A DNA stretch of 63,823 nt, counting the filler, from an uncultured Methanosarcinales archaeon (lineage in GTDB: Archaea; Nanobdellota; Nanobdellia; Woesearchaeales; CAYNLP01), in assembly GCA_964398115.1 (NCBI GenBank). It is 4 parts of 4 records of this genome, joined end to end, with 100 filler letters (N's around TTAATTAATTAA, not from the genome) between each part and the next. Parts side by side here need not be neighbours in the genome. Positions count along the whole stretch, not along the records: positions 11,645 to 43,603 come from CAYNLP010000009.1; 3 more parts are not named here. One strand, written 5' to 3'. Positions 27,712-37,900 of this stretch are shown in pieces (within the stretch, counting starts at the first letter, position 1; each line of letters begins with the position of its first letter). Both the position numbers and the translations under genes were made by a program. The notes below the pieces were generated by a model that saw nothing but the letters and a program-made list of their open reading frames with translations, had not been told where the DNA came from and made no database searches.

Positions 27712-29094
27712 TTAGTCTGAGTTTTGCAATTCTTCTTCCAGTCTTTGTTTTGCTTGTTCGAAGAATCCTTGTTTTGCTTCTTCTGTTCCAACGTAAGCTT
27801 GGAATTCTGGTTCGTTCTCATTCCCTGCTCGGTCTCTAGCGTAGATACAAACATTGGCGTATACAACGCCGTCAACGTTTATCTCGTCATCACTCGATCT
27901 GGTATAGCCAGTTGTAGGACATTTGCCTTGTTTAGCAGTTCTTGAGATGAAGTCGAGTATTGATTGTTCTAAATTTTCGTCACTTGTTATGTCAGATTCC
28001 GTTTGCTCATCTCTAACACTGTAGTAGTATTCGTCGCACCCGCTTCCTCTATCTTCACAAGTTATTGTAGTGCCGTCTAATCCTAGACTGTGTGGTGGTA
28101 CTGAGTCAACCCTCACATTTTTAGTGGGGAAGTATAGTGTTTCTCCTCCTCTCATGTTTACTTCGATGCATAATGGCTGGTTTACGTATCCAGTGCCTAT
28201 TCTCTGCCTGACCGTACTTCCATTAATGAAGAATCCTACTTGGTCGTCTAGAAATACTTTGCTCGTTTCTATTTCACTTCCTGTAAATAATTGTTCGTTG
28301 CAGTTGGAGAATTGTCCTTGCATCATGAATCTGTAGTCTGCGCTTTCACAATCTCCAACGTTGCAATTGAGTCGGAAACTTTCTTCTTGAGTCCATTCTC
28401 CTTGTAGTCCTACTACTGAAACAGGCCGGGTTAGGTCTATTGGATAAGTGGCTTTTGCAACTCTTTGCCCGTCGTTGAGAACTTCTACATGAACTTGAAT
28501 ATTTTGTTTTAAGTTGCTTGACGTGAATTGGATGTTTGACAACCCAGATCCTGATTTGTCTCCTCTTGATTGATCGTCTGCAATGTTAGAACAAGGATCG
28601 CTTATCTCGGCTTTAGGATTGTCCTCGTTTTGTCTTACATAGAGTATTTGATCCGTTGACTCATCGGTTATGTAAATCTGGCAAGTTTGTCCTTCTTCAA
28701 GGATTTTACTGTCTATGTAGGTGTGGAAAGTGTATTCTCTCCCCGTAAATAGAGGTATTCTTTCTTCTGCGCTGTATAGTTTCCGTCTGTCTTCTACTTG
28801 TAGTTGTATGGCGTTGCTGCCAGGGACTACCTTGTTGTCTGAGAGGTGGCTTTTAATCTCGTCGCTTGTGCAGCATACTCCGGTGTCGCATGCTCCGGCT
28901 GCTTGGAAGAGTTGTTGTTCGTTTTCTCCGCAGCTTTGTTTACAGACTCCTTCTCTCCCGCTGCATGTGTTAATACTTTCTGCAAATCCTGAAAGGGTTT
29001 CTTGTCCTATGCTTAGTAGGATCCATACGAGTGCTAGTATGAGTATGACACTTCCTACTACTTTTAATGCACTTAGCTCTCCTTTCGTGTTCAT
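27712..29094 (-). CDS. Pilin-like protein with defensin-like motif and Ig-like domains
   Basis: TKG|ELSALKVVGSVILIL; CSGREGVCKQSC...CDTGVCC; VDSVPP...C.D.GSGC...ARDRAGN. Confidence 0.78.
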   Translation of the reverse strand: MNTKGELSALKVVGSVILILALVWILLSIGQETLSGFAESINTCSGREGVCKQSCGENEQQLFQAAGACDTGVCCTSDEIKSHLSDNKVVPGSNAIQLQVEDRRKLYSAEERIPLFTGREYTFHTYIDSKILEEGQTCQIYITDESTDQILYVRQNEDNPKAEISDPCSNIADDQSRGDKSGSGLSNIQFTSSNLKQNIQVHVEVLNDGQRVAKATYPIDLTRPVSVVGLQGEWTQEESFRLNCNVGDCESADYRFMMQGQFSNCNEQLFTGSEIETSKVFLDDQVGFFINGSTVRQRIGTGYVNQPLCIEVNMRGGETLYFPTKNVRVDSVPPHSLGLDGTTITCEDRGSGCDEYYYSVRDEQTESDITSDENLEQSILDFISRTAKQGKCPTTGYTRSSDDEINVDGVVYANVCIYARDRAGNENEPEFQAYVGTEEAKQGFFEQAKQRLEEELQNSD

Positions 29095-29095
29095 G

Positions 29096-29353
29096 TTATT
29101 CTCCTATGTCTTGAGGTGCGCAGCAAATTTCTCCTTCACCGCATCCTGTCGACTGATAGAAAGTGGTTCCTTCTGGACAGCTGTCGGCTGCACAGGTGAA
29201 TCCTTCTCCTCTTTCTTCACATGCGTTTGTAGATTCTCTGAAGTCTCCAATCTTGCCGGTGACGAGCATTATCAGAACTACTAGAATGATTAGGGCTAAT
29301 GCTGCCATCACTATTGTTTGCAAGCTCATCTCTATGCCTTTCTTGCTTTTCAT
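29096..29353 (-). CDS. Small archaeal pilin with defensin-like head
   Basis: KKG|IEMSLQTIVMAALALIILVVL; six-Cys motif ending CC. Confidence 0.85.
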   Translation of the reverse strand: MKSKKGIEMSLQTIVMAALALIILVVLIMLVTGKIGDFRESTNACEERGEGFTCAADSCPEGTTFYQSTGCGEGEICCAPQDIGE

Positions 29354-29628
29354 GATGATTCTTCTTGTTCAATGGGTATGCAACATTTTTGGTCGTCTTC
29401 AGGGCATGCTCGGTAGCTGTCTTCCGCGTATCCGCTGGGGCATTGTTCGTCTGTGTCTAAGTTCATGCATTGCCCGCCAGGCACTTTTTGGCATTCGTTG
29501 GTCTGTCCGAGAATGTTGCCTTGTCTCAAGACTAGTGTGGTTAGAATTACGAGTATTAATAGTGCGATTGCTGCTATTATTATGACGTTCATGCTTAGGC
29601 CTTGGCCTTTTTTCATTAAACTTTTCAC
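29350..29628 (-). CDS. Small archaeal pilin with defensin-like head
   Basis: KKG|QGLSMNVIIIAAIALLILVIL; six-Cys motif ending CC. Confidence 0.85.
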   Translation of the reverse strand: MKSLMKKGQGLSMNVIIIAAIALLILVILTTLVLRQGNILGQTNECQKVPGGQCMNLDTDEQCPSGYAEDSYRACPEDDQKCCIPIEQEESS

Positions 29629-29659
29629 CTCTAGAGTAATATCTTTTCGGTCTTTTCTA

Positions 29660-29673
29660 TTATTTAAATGTTG
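29660..29673 (-). promoter_or_regulatory. Putative TATA promoter of pilin 29350-29628
   Basis: CAACATTTAAATAA, identical to 29940-29953. Confidence 0.6.
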
Positions 29674-29916
29674 CTATGACTGTTCTCCAACCGGAATGCA
29701 GCATCTCTGGTCTTCTTCAGGACAAGTCGCTTTTGTGTGTTCAACCATGCCATCTCCGCAAGGATTTTCTTGACAGGTCCCGCCTGAAACTGTAGAACAA
29801 GATCTTGTGTCACTTGGAACGTTTGATATGAAAACCGCAGATAGTACTACTAGAACCAAGAGTGCGAGAGCTGCTATGACGATGGTTTTGAGGCTTAATC
29901 CTTGACCTTTTCTCAT
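29674..29916 (-). CDS. Small archaeal pilin with defensin-like head
   Basis: MRKG|QGLSLKTIVIAALALLVLVVL; C-x7-C-x4-C-x11-C-x6-CC. Confidence 0.85.
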   Translation of the reverse strand: MRKGQGLSLKTIVIAALALLVLVVLSAVFISNVPSDTRSCSTVSGGTCQENPCGDGMVEHTKATCPEEDQRCCIPVGEQS

Positions 29917-29939
29917 CTTGGTTTATTCTCTTAATCTTC

Positions 29940-29953
29940 TTATTTAAATGTTG
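29940..29953 (-). promoter_or_regulatory. Putative TATA promoter of pilin 29674-29916
   Basis: CAACATTTAAATAA ending about 24 nt before the ATG. Confidence 0.6.
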
Positions 29954-30463
29954 TTATGTCTTGCATATTTCCATGGTGACAGTTGCTTCGCTTTGCATTG
30001 GGTAGAGTGGGAGTACTTGCCTACCTGGGCTTTCTTTTTCTTTTTCACGATCACAGCCTTGGTTGGTAATGTTCCAGAGTTCTTCTCCGTCTTGATTTAT
30101 GTGGTAGTAGTAGCTCACTCCCCATTTGTCTAGTGTTTTCCGTAGTATTTGGTGGGCGGTTTGGTTTACGTAGTAACAGCTTTGATGTCCGTTGCAGATT
30201 ATGTCTCCGCCGCTTGCTTCTTCTAAGTTTCCGTTTCGGATGCAGTCTTTGACTAACGCGCTGTATTGTTGTCCGCAAGCTGGTATGTGGGTGTTGGTAA
30301 TTACTTGTACGAAGCTTTTGCCCATGTTGGCCTCGCCGAACGTTTCGCTCGAACTTGTTTGCTCTTCTGAGTTGAAAGTGGTGGTTAAGGTGAATGCTAA
30401 GACTAGTCCTGCTATGACTAGTATGAGCATTAATCCTACGATTTCGATTTGTCCTTTTTTCAT
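29954..30463 (-). CDS. Pilin-like (class III signal) protein
   Basis: MKKG|QIEIVGLMLILVIAGL. Confidence 0.8.
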   Translation of the reverse strand: MKKGQIEIVGLMLILVIAGLVLAFTLTTTFNSEEQTSSSETFGEANMGKSFVQVITNTHIPACGQQYSALVKDCIRNGNLEEASGGDIICNGHQSCYYVNQTAHQILRKTLDKWGVSYYYHINQDGEELWNITNQGCDREKEKESPGRQVLPLYPMQSEATVTMEICKT

Positions 30464-30945
30464 GAATGCTTCACCATGGTGAGGTATCCGAACGTGTTTG
30501 TTTTATTTATTGAGTTGTAGATGTAGACTGGCATTCGTATTGGGATTTCACTGCTAGTGTTGGCTGTGTGGTTGTAAATCACCCATTGTTTTTCTGTTGG
30601 GTAGACTTGGTTTACTTTGATCGTGGCAGATCCGTATTCTTCTCGGAAGAAATTGTATATGTCGCTGTTGGGGTTGGCGTTTCGTATACTTTGATTGGCT
30701 ATGTCTAGGCGGTGTTGGTCTAAGCAGTAGGTGTTGGTTTGTGGTGAATAGCCGCAGCTTATCTCTGGTGTGGTAGCGGCTTTTTGTGCTGTGTCGACCG
30801 CGCTTAGGCTTTCGAAAGTTCTGCCTTTTTCTCGTATTTGTTCTCCTGTGAACATTCCATATCCTACTAAGCCGGCTATTAGGATTATTATCACGATTAT
30901 TATGACCATGATGAGTTCTCCGGCTTTAATCATCGCTTTTTTCAT
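30460..30945 (-). CDS. Pilin-like (class III signal) protein
   Basis: MKKA|MIKAGELIMVIIIVIIIL. Confidence 0.78.
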   Translation of the reverse strand: MKKAMIKAGELIMVIIIVIIILIAGLVGYGMFTGEQIREKGRTFESLSAVDTAQKAATTPEISCGYSPQTNTYCLDQHRLDIANQSIRNANPNSDIYNFFREEYGSATIKVNQVYPTEKQWVIYNHTANTSSEIPIRMPVYIYNSINKTNTFGYLTMVKHS

Positions 30946-32018
30946 AGTGTTGGACAGTTCCTCCCTTTCTTCAAACTTTGTTGTAAGCTTTTTACTTTCT
31001 GAACTTCTGCTGCGATGTCTTCTTCTCTTCCTGGCCTTGCACTATTGTTTATGTTCCGGTATACTTGTTCTAGTTCTACTAGCATGTTTAAGCATTCACT
31101 GCATTGTGTGGGGTAGTCATCTACTGGGGGGTTTTTACACTCCGGGCTTGTGTGTTTTGCTTCTAAATCGTTTCTTATGGCTTTTAGTCTTTGAATTTCT
31201 AAGTCTGCTCTTTGTCTTAGTCTAGTGTATGCTTTAGCTCGGTTACATCTGTATTGTTCTACGTTTTCGCTGAATACAGCTCCGTACATCATTGCTTGTC
31301 CGACGTATCCTAGCATGTCGGTTTGTTCTAACGCGGTTTCGGTCATTTGGTAGAAGCCTACTCTTCCGTACATGTTTGGTCTTGGTTTGATGTTCACGGC
31401 GGATATGTCTCCGGAGACGGCTAGGTCTCCTTGAAGGTAGTTTAAGTCAGTTGCTGATTGGTTGAAGAATATGTATCGGTATTTGTCGGGGCCTTGTCTG
31501 CTGAAACTTTCAACGTCATCTTGGCTTATTGCAGCTCTTGTGAACCCGCTTGGTATTTCATCTATATATTTTTGCCAGAGTCCTTCGTTATCTTTTACTA
31601 TTATGAAGACTGTGTCGGGATCGGTTATGTATAGGAATCTGTCTATCCTGTTGGCTAATGTCCAGTCTAGCGTCCAGGTGTAGAAGGTGGTGTCTTCTAG
31701 CGCGTTTGGTGTGTAAATGGGTTGGTATCGTTTGCTAGTGGTTGAGGGTGCGCCTTGTAGTGTTAGTTCGCTCGTGGCGGGTCTTTCACACCTGTATTTT
31801 ATACTTGCTTGTGAGGTTTCTATTCTTTCGAATTTGTTTCCTGTGTTCGCCACGGTTTGGAGTTGGTTGTTGAAATATTGGAGTACGGTGGCTTGAGTTT
31901 CTGTATCTTGTTGCTGTGTTAGGTCTTGGGCGAATCCTGTTATGAATAGGAATACGGTTATTCCTGCTATGGCTGCAAATATCCATGTTATGTTTATGGA
32001 GATTTGTCCGGTTTTCAT
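30942..32018 (-). CDS. Pilin-like (class III signal) protein
   Basis: MKTG|QISINITWIFAAIAGITVFLF. Confidence 0.75.
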   Translation of the reverse strand: MKTGQISINITWIFAAIAGITVFLFITGFAQDLTQQQDTETQATVLQYFNNQLQTVANTGNKFERIETSQASIKYRCERPATSELTLQGAPSTTSKRYQPIYTPNALEDTTFYTWTLDWTLANRIDRFLYITDPDTVFIIVKDNEGLWQKYIDEIPSGFTRAAISQDDVESFSRQGPDKYRYIFFNQSATDLNYLQGDLAVSGDISAVNIKPRPNMYGRVGFYQMTETALEQTDMLGYVGQAMMYGAVFSENVEQYRCNRAKAYTRLRQRADLEIQRLKAIRNDLEAKHTSPECKNPPVDDYPTQCSECLNMLVELEQVYRNINNSARPGREEDIAAEVQKVKSLQQSLKKGRNCPTL

Positions 32019-32518
32019 CCTTCTACCAACGTTTTTTGTCCTCTTCCTTTGAATGTTACTTCTACTACGCCACCCTGTGCTTGGAGGCAGAGTGCTTCAG
32101 TACTTCCTGAAAGTTGTACTTTGTTAGAAGAGGCTACGGCTTCTGTGAATTCTCCTATTAAGAAAATGTTTTGTTTTGACGTGTTAGCTGATTTTAACAC
32201 GTTTAAATCGTTTTGTCCTAAGTTCATATCTGGCTTGGTTTCTATATTGTCTGTTTCTATTCCTCCTTGTATGCTGTTGTTGGCAAAGCAGATTGCTCTG
32301 TAATCGCATGGAAGATTTAAGGTTTCTTTGTGGACGCTTCCGTAGTCGTCGTATTTGTCTAGCAGGCTTGGGATTTCTTTTATGAAGTTTGCTTTTTGTG
32401 CCTCACAGGATTGTGTTAGTAGTCCTTGTATTCCTTGGTATCCTAGTATGAGTACCGTTACTGCTATTAGTATGAATAGGATGGTTGTCATTGATTCTTT
32501 AATTTGAGCTTTCTTCAT
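32015..32518 (-). CDS. Pilin-like (class III signal) protein
   Basis: MKKA|QIKESMTTILFILIAV. Confidence 0.78.
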   Translation of the reverse strand: MKKAQIKESMTTILFILIAVTVLILGYQGIQGLLTQSCEAQKANFIKEIPSLLDKYDDYGSVHKETLNLPCDYRAICFANNSIQGGIETDNIETKPDMNLGQNDLNVLKSANTSKQNIFLIGEFTEAVASSNKVQLSGSTEALCLQAQGGVVEVTFKGRGQKTLVEG

Positions 32519-34928
32519 CTTCTCCGAATGCTTCGTCTGCGTGTTTGCTTACGTCAGTGTCTCCTTTCTCTTCTTTTTCTTCGAATTCGTCGAATAGTTT
32601 TTCTCGTTCTTTTTTCTTCTTTGCTTTTCTTGCTTTTTCTCTTAGTTTTCTTTTCTTCCTTTTTCTTATCTGGTCTGCTGTTGGTTTTTGCCTTTGTTTT
32701 CTTCGTGGTTTCCTTTTAGTGGTTTGTTTCTTCTTTGAGCTTTGTTGTCCTTTCTTCATGCTTTCTGGTTTTTGAGGTCTATTCTTGGCGTGGCTGGTGG
32801 TTTTGCCTATTCCTGGCCCGTAGTATTGTTTGTAGCCGAGATATCCTCCGCCGCCTAGCATCATTAGTATTCCTAGGATTAGCATGATAACTGCGAGGAG
32901 GCTTGGCCCGGTATCTCTTGGTTCTTCGGTTGTGGTTTGTTCGCTTTCACATCTAGTGAGGTCGTATTGACAGTTGGCAGTGCATCCTAGTCTTCCTCCT
33001 GTTTGTCCTTCGAGTTGATCGCACCACGTCTTGCCGTCGAGGTCGTTTCCGTCGCACTCTTCTCCTTGTTCTACTACGCCGTTACCACATTCGGGTTCTC
33101 CACCGTCTGGACCATCTGGTGGTATGTCAGGACCATCTGTTTGGTTATCATCTTGATCGTCATCTGTTTGGTTATTGTCAGTTTCGTTATCATCTGTTTC
33201 TTCACATTGGCTTAGATACTCTCTATATGCCCAGTTTCCTTGATTGTCTGGAATCCACATGCATGCTTTTTGTCCGCATGGCACGGTTAACCTTGAGTCC
33301 ATGTTTTGTGTTCTTGTAGAGTTTTGCAGACATCTATCTCGGGGTTGTACTATTGTGTAGTTGTAGTATTCGCTGCATCCACTGTTTCCGTCTTGACAAT
33401 TTACCACTACGTCGTTAGCGTTTCTCGTTGGGTCTTCACTATCGTTTAGGATGACTACTGGTTCTGTCGTGTCGCATCGGTCGTCTGAACTGTTATACAC
33501 GTTGACGTCTACAGGGTTTGCAGGTTGGGTGTTATCTGCTCCGTCTACTGCTCGCATCTCCCATGTATAGGTCCCGGTTTGTATGTCAAAGTTTCCGTGT
33601 CCTACTTGGTTTCCTGACGTAGTTGTCCAATTAACGATAGTATTGGTTCCTCTTGTTAGGGTGTAGTTGTAGTGTTTTATTCCGCCTTCGTCGTTGGCGG
33701 AGAAGCTTGCCGTTAAGCTTTCAGGTCCGCATTGAGCGTTTTGTGCGTTTATGCTCACGTTCCTTGGTGGGGTTGTGTCTACAGTGAAGGAGTGTGTGGT
33801 TTCTTCAGTTTCTCTTTGTCCTCTGCATCTTACGTCGTATTCGTGCATTCCTTCGTTTAGTCCTTGTAAGTTGGTTGTGTGCGTTAATCCGTCTGTGCTG
33901 GTCATGCTTTGGTAAGTGCCGTTTCCGCTTGGCCTGTATTCGCATGCCGTGCTTATCTGCGTTTCTACGGTGAAGTCGATGTTAGTTGAACTTGTGTATT
34001 CTTCGGGGCTTATCATTTCTATTGTGAAAGCGTGTGTAAGGTCTACCGTTACGGTGTATGTGTTTTGTCCTGTGAGTCCTGCCTTGTTCTGGCATGTTAT
34101 GTTGTAGTTGAAGTTATGTGTGTCGGTGTCGTATATTTCGTAGGTCAGTGTTTCTTGATGTGTTGTGTCGTAGTCGGATTCTGTGCTTGGGTCGACGTCT
34201 CCGATTGTGTTTCCGTCTCTCCAGCAAACTGTGGGTTCATCGGTTGAAATTGTAAGAGTGGTTTCTTGTTCAGCTGGGTCTACGATCGGGTTCGTGGTTG
34301 CGTTGACTTGTACTGTGGGTTGTGTCTGATCGATTCTGAAAGTGTAGTCTTGTTTGGTGTTGTTGCCGGCTTCGTTTCTGCATATGAACCAGATTCTTTG
34401 ATCGTTCCAGCTCACGTCGCTGAATGTGTGTTGTCGTTGGTATGTGTCTGTGTCTTCTCCGTCTGCCCATTGGGTTTGTAGGAGTTCTGAAAATGTTTCT
34501 GTATATTGGCTTTGGCTCCATCCGCAGTGTGCGGGTTCTGTGGTTTCTATTATTGTGTCGTATGTGGTTTGGTCTGTCACTCCAAATTCTGGTTGTTGTA
34601 GTATTATTCTGAAGGGCACGTCTACGATGAAGCTGAAGTTGCTGTTTGCAGTGTTTTCTACTCTGTCGGAGGCTGTAACCCAGAGGGTGTAGTTCCCGTT
34701 GGTTAAGAGTTGTTCTGATGTAAACGTGTAGGTGGTGTTCCAATCCGTTGTGGGGTCTTGTATTACTCGATAACTGTTTCCTTCTCCTCGTATTTCTGCC
34801 GCGTCTATCCTTACTTCTTCTTCGTATTCCGCGGTTATAGTGGGTTTGGCTACTCTGCTTGTTTGCGCGTAGACTAAGCTAGTTAGGGCTAGTAAGGTAA
34901 TTCCTGCTATGAGTAGTTTATTCTTCAT
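32499..34928 (-). CDS. Surface protein: Ig-like repeats, Myxococcus-type Cys-rich repeat, TM, basic cytoplasmic tail
   Basis: Sec signal; VDTTPP and D..GN Ig motifs; CGNGVVEQGEECDG; TM followed by a K/R-rich tail. Confidence 0.78.
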   Translation of the reverse strand: MKNKLLIAGITLLALTSLVYAQTSRVAKPTITAEYEEEVRIDAAEIRGEGNSYRVIQDPTTDWNTTYTFTSEQLLTNGNYTLWVTASDRVENTANSNFSFIVDVPFRIILQQPEFGVTDQTTYDTIIETTEPAHCGWSQSQYTETFSELLQTQWADGEDTDTYQRQHTFSDVSWNDQRIWFICRNEAGNNTKQDYTFRIDQTQPTVQVNATTNPIVDPAEQETTLTISTDEPTVCWRDGNTIGDVDPSTESDYDTTHQETLTYEIYDTDTHNFNYNITCQNKAGLTGQNTYTVTVDLTHAFTIEMISPEEYTSSTNIDFTVETQISTACEYRPSGNGTYQSMTSTDGLTHTTNLQGLNEGMHEYDVRCRGQRETEETTHSFTVDTTPPRNVSINAQNAQCGPESLTASFSANDEGGIKHYNYTLTRGTNTIVNWTTTSGNQVGHGNFDIQTGTYTWEMRAVDGADNTQPANPVDVNVYNSSDDRCDTTEPVVILNDSEDPTRNANDVVVNCQDGNSGCSEYYNYTIVQPRDRCLQNSTRTQNMDSRLTVPCGQKACMWIPDNQGNWAYREYLSQCEETDDNETDNNQTDDDQDDNQTDGPDIPPDGPDGGEPECGNGVVEQGEECDGNDLDGKTWCDQLEGQTGGRLGCTANCQYDLTRCESEQTTTEEPRDTGPSLLAVIMLILGILMMLGGGGYLGYKQYYGPGIGKTTSHAKNRPQKPESMKKGQQSSKKKQTTKRKPRRKQRQKPTADQIRKRKKRKLREKARKAKKKKEREKLFDEFEEKEEKGDTDVSKHADEAFGEDEESSN

Positions 34929-37900
34929 TTTCTAAGGTGTAGGTTGGATCGTCTGGTGCTACGCCGTCGTATAGTAGTTGTAGTGTGGTTTCTATATTGT
35001 TGCCTGCCCAGTCTGTTGCTGTTATTGTCACATCGTTCATAGTTTCGTTGTTATCTCCTGCTATGTTGAAGGGCATGGTGAATTGTCCGTCTCCTCTTAT
35101 GCAGTTGTTTCCTCTTCCAGTACATGTTCCTACGCATCTTTCTTCATTGTTTCTCTCGTTCAATGCGCAGATTTGGGTTGCGTCTACAGAGATAGTTCCA
35201 GTTATCCTTCCAGTAGTTGCGCCGGTGACTTTCAATTCTCGTTCTGGGTCGAAGTATTCTGGTGGTGCTATAATTCTTGCTTCTTCAAACGCTGGGTTAG
35301 TCGTGTCTACCGTCACGGTGAAGTTTTGGATTTCTTCTGTATTGCCTCCCTGATCTTCGCTGTAGTATCTAACCATTTCTGTACCGTCAGTGTTGAAGGT
35401 CATTCGTGTTCTGTTCGCTCCTGTCGCGGTGGGGTTGCATCCTTCTCCTTTACAAGTGTAGAGTTGGTGGCATCCGAAGTTCCAATCTCTTTCGTTATCA
35501 TCTACTAGGTCTGAGCTTCTGTCGTTGCATTCTAGCGTTATGGTTGCGCTTTGCACTGCGCCTTCTTGCATTTCTCTGTTGAGTCCTGTAATTCTCGTCT
35601 CGGGTGGTATTTGGTCTATGACGAATCGTACGACGTCGTCGGGGTTTTGTTCTACTATCACGCTTCCGTCGTTGAGTGAGCATGCTATGTTGTACTCGTA
35701 TATGCCGGTTCCGGACACCTCGCTTGGCGCGGGGTTGGTGTGTTCTGTCGCTCCTGTGGTGCTGAACTCGTTTGTCATAGCATCGTATATGTGCGTGGTA
35801 GGGGAGTATCTGCAGGTGCCGGGACTTTCTGTTGTGGCGGACATTGTTATCTCGCTTGCTTGTGAGAAAGTGGTTCTTGGTTGGATGTTTGTGATTCTTC
35901 CATCTGATTCTACTACTAGGGATCGGCTGATGCCGTGTGAGTTTCTCGCGCCGTCGTAGCATTCTACGTTGAAGGTGTAAATTTCGGGTGGTACTTGGTA
36001 GCTTAGCGAGTATGTGTCTCCAGTGCCGCTTCCTGTGCGTGTGGTCCCTTCTCCGTTTAATTCCCAGTTGCAACTGATTGGCGTGGTTTCGTCATTGACG
36101 TTTATGTTTATGTCTAGTTGTGCGTTATCTGAAGCGGTTGACATTGTTGATGTGTAGGTTAAATCTATACTTGGCCGGTTAGTGTCGTAATTCACGGTTT
36201 CTACGTTTAACACTTCAAGGTTGTGGGCTGGGTCTTCGCTGTAGTACGTGATGTTGGTCTTACCAACTCCGGTTAGGTCTAGCAATATTTGATTTCCTGC
36301 TTGTGTTTGTGGATAGCACGTCCCGCGGGAGAAGCAGTAGTAAGTTTTGATATTTTCTGCGTTGTATGCGTTGTCTCTAACTCCATAGTCTATCCCTTCA
36401 TCCCATCCTATCACTCCGTCACTGTTCAAAAGAAGTGTGGTAGTTGGGTTTTCAAAATCGGTCAGGCATTTATCGTTATTATCTCCACAATCTCCTCTTT
36501 CTACACTTCCGGTTTCGGTTTGTAGGTTGTCTGCGTTTTTGACACATCCTATACCGCCAGATCTGTATTCGCATTTTCCTAGTCCTAATGCGTCGTTGCT
36601 ACGTTGTTCTACTATGTGGTTTCCTCCCACGCGTGTTCGGTCGTCGTATTGTGCGTTTACTTCAACACTTTGTCCTCCGGTGCATGCTGTTCTGTCATCT
36701 CCGTAGTCTTTGCATGTTGCTGATCCTTCACATACGCAGGTGTTATCTTCTGCTTGGAAGTAGCAGTTTCCTAAGCTTTCGCAGGTGTCTTGTGTGCATT
36801 CTTCATCTCCACTTCCGCATAGGCTTCCTAGATTTTCTGCGTTTTCATTAACGCATTTTCCTATTCCTAGGTTTTGACTGGCTGATTCTCCATATGGGGT
36901 TTTCCATTCACATGGTAGGTTTGTCCCGCATGGGTCTCCTAGACAGGTTTGTCTGCTTTCGTAATCCATGCATCCTCTTACGGGACAACTCTTGTACGGG
37001 TCGACGACTGTGCTACTGTTGTCTCGGTAGCATAGTCTGTCTTGTTGTAGTTGGTAACAGGTTAGGTCGGTTGAAGATCCTTCGTATTCTACTTCTCTGG
37101 ATGGGTCAGGGTACATTCCGTATGCTTGGTTGCATTGGTCGCAGTCGGCGGGTGTTTTGCATGATGCTCCTTGTGAGGTTTCTATGCAAACGCTGGAGTC
37201 GCATGAATTTCGGCTTTGGACTGCTCCGTTTGGCCCGCACTGTACTATGTCGTTATCGTGGCAGATGGTTTCTCCTTCTCTTCCGTTGCATAGTATGGAG
37301 CTTACTGTGATTGTTTGTTCTGAACTCGTTACTTCGGTTTGGTCTGGGAACACTGCTGTTATATTGTATGCGTATGTGGTGTCGTATTCTACAGTGGTGT
37401 CTTCGAAGTATGTGGCGGTGGTGTTTCCTACTATTTCGGTTGTTGTTTCACTTTGATTTCTTCTATGTATATAGTATTCTACTCTTGCTTGTTCACATCC
37501 CGGGTTTAAGTTCCATTCTAGTCGTATTATGCCGTCTCCTACTTCTTCTGGTTGGTCTAGTATTAGTTCTTGCGTATCTTCTGCTGCGGTGCATATTTGT
37601 TCGTCAGTAGGTGTTGGCTCGGTTGGCCCGGTTCCTCCTGTCTGGTCTGTTTCTCGTTGGACGTCGCTACATATTTGTGTGCAGTCCATATTTGAGTCTA
37701 TTGGTTCATCTTGATATTCTGTTACGAATGTGTAGGAGTCGCTACAGCTTAGGTTGGCTTGTGGTCTTACTTGTCCTCCTACGCTGATGTTGTCTTCTAG
37801 GTCGCAGCAACACCCGGTCGCGCATTCTGGCACGTTATTACAAGAGTCTTCTATGACGTCTCCTTGGCAAGAACTTTCTTGGTCTGGTGTTATGCCGGTG

